This document shows, piece after piece, positions 62,201-64,000 of a stretch of DNA of 64,000 nucleotides; position 1 is the first letter of the stretch; the number at the start of each line of letters is the position of its first letter. Source of the stretch: Lama guanicoe (lineage: Eukaryota); contig MU054323.1 of assembly GCA_013239625.1 (NCBI GenBank), forward strand, positions 18,122,819-18,186,818. Reading direction: 5' to 3'. The notes below the pieces were generated by a model that had not been told where the DNA came from, ran no database searches, and worked only from the letters and a program-made list of their open reading frames with translations. The position numbers and the translations under genes were made by a program.

Positions 62201-64000
62201 TGATTTCTACTCACCTTCCTTCTGTCCCCACCCCCATCCCAACTCAACATTTTACTGGCATAAGTGTGAAGATTAAGGGCTGTTTCTTGACTATCTTGAC
62301 TGATGGGCTAACAGCTCTATTAAAAAAAAATACAGTAGTCAGGTTTCCTGACTGCAAGCAAGCTGTCTTAACAAAAAAGGACATTTGCCAGCAGGACCCT
62401 GGGAGGGAGTCCATGAAGTGATAAGAGACTCAGGATCGGAGACTGGCAACTTGAAGGAAACCGAAGGAGTCCTGGAGCCAGAGCGGCCAGGTACCCAGCT
62501 GGGGACATGCTATAAAGCCACGTTAGTCCAAATGCGGCTGCTCTTCAGTTTCCTTCTGCCTTGGCTGCAGTTGCTTAAGCTTCTGAATCCCAGGAGCAAG
62601 CCTCCAATTGGCTGGTCGTAGGTCCTGTGCTCTTCCAAAGGAGGGGCCTGCTAGGGGAGGTGGGTGTCAGGGCTCCGCGGCATGGGGTGTTCTCCCCAAG
62701 GGAAGGTGAAGTGCTGACTGGAAGGGGTAGAGATAGAACAGCTACAAATAAGTAAATAAGTATCTGATAAATAACCACAGAATCAGCTAAGAACAAAGAG
62801 TGAATTATCTTTAGGAGCAAAAGTCGAGCAAATAGTACTTGAGGGAAGAAATCTAAACGGTGCCGAGTCTCGCAGCCAGCAGCTGGCCCAGCACAGGGCT
62901 TTCACCTTCAGGGCTGAGCCTGACCTGCAGTCCAGAAAAGCAGAGAGAAGTCTCACCTACCCACACATGCAGGGTATCCAGTTTTCTGTTCGCGCCTTTG
63001 AACCATCCACCTGCCACTGCTTTTTCGAACCAAGAGGCAGAGGAGTCCCTTGCTGCATTTCGAAGCCCCAGGTCCTCCACTGGGAGCCACAGGGGCAGTC
63101 TGGGCAGTCTGGCTTCCCCTCATCCCAGCTGTCTTGCTGCATGTCGCTGTTTATCTCGGGCATCCTCCAAAAGCCAATCCTTGCTGGAATTCTGCACTTT
63201 CCAGCCGAGCCAGATCAAGGGGCATGCCAGAATTCTGAGAAAAGTTGGAAATGTGGGGCTAGTTAACTCTGACTTCCTTATAGGAAATGTAAACTTGCCT
63301 CACTTTAGCTAGGGTCCCCAGAGAATAAACTTCAGTGAAAACATTAAAAAATATATATATATATATGTTTTTCTCTCTTCTAAACTCCTCTCTGTGCCTG
63401 CATTTTATATCCATCCACCTTAAGATCAGCCAGCTGGCACCTTGTGTCTCAGTTGGCTAGAAGACCGAAACAATGTGTGGCGTTGCTCCATGTACTGAAA
63501 ATGAGTGATGTATTATTTAAAATTCAAATAATTTAATATGATCTCCAAGAAATTGTCTGGTTTAGAAAATCATGAAGGAAAACTGTAGAAGAAGGAGGGA
63601 GAGGGGAAGGCAAAATCATGGACAAAACAGGAAATTTTGCTAACGTGGAGGAAGGAGCTCATTTTGAGTAAATCTCTCCAATGATGATTCAGAAAATCGG
63701 AGAAGGGCTCTTGATCTCACTGGTCAAGCCACAGTGACTCCGTGGTGAAGTCTGCTGGTTCTCTGGCCCCTTATGGGAAGAGAGATCTTTTGTAGGTCTG
63801 GGAACCCGGGCGCTGAGGTCCCACCCTCCCCCTCCCTGGGGCGCACCTGGTCATTGCTTCCTCCACATTCACAGTGAATGAAGATGCCCAGCTGACTCCA
63901 CGACCTTTCTCTCCACTTTCTAAGCTCCTGAAACCTCCTGTTAGTTTGGAGGAAGTCCTCTGTCTTCAAGTTTCCCTCCAAGTCCTCTTTCCCTTTAAAT

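Overview
Repeat-rich mammalian genomic DNA, most likely from a camelid (alpaca, llama or camel). The evidence is five copies of a tRNA-Ala-like SINE matching the camelid Vic-1 family as I recall it, plus artiodactyl-type L1 3' tails. I can support no protein-coding gene, RNA gene or CpG-island promoter. The only recognisable ORFs are decayed L1 ORF2 pieces. The window is a layered transposon landscape: old L1ME, L2, MIR, hAT and Tigger MITEs and ERVL/MaLR LTRs, overlaid by younger L1 3' ends, SINEs and an ERV1-type solo LTR. Younger L1s lie mostly on the minus strand (about 14 vs 3), which suggests an intron of a plus-strand gene. The most notable structures are: (1) a TSD-flanked L1 whose 5'UTR is joined directly to the end of ORF2, at what looks like a splice acceptor (candidate spliced or non-autonomous L1, 24865-26952), itself interrupted by another L1; (2) a twin-primed inverted L1 with a very large internal loss (49181-49802); (3) three L1 tails sharing almost the same 5' end; (4) a perfect (TG)66 tract. 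All repeat family names come from recalled consensus sequences, not a database search, and boundaries of old elements are approximate.
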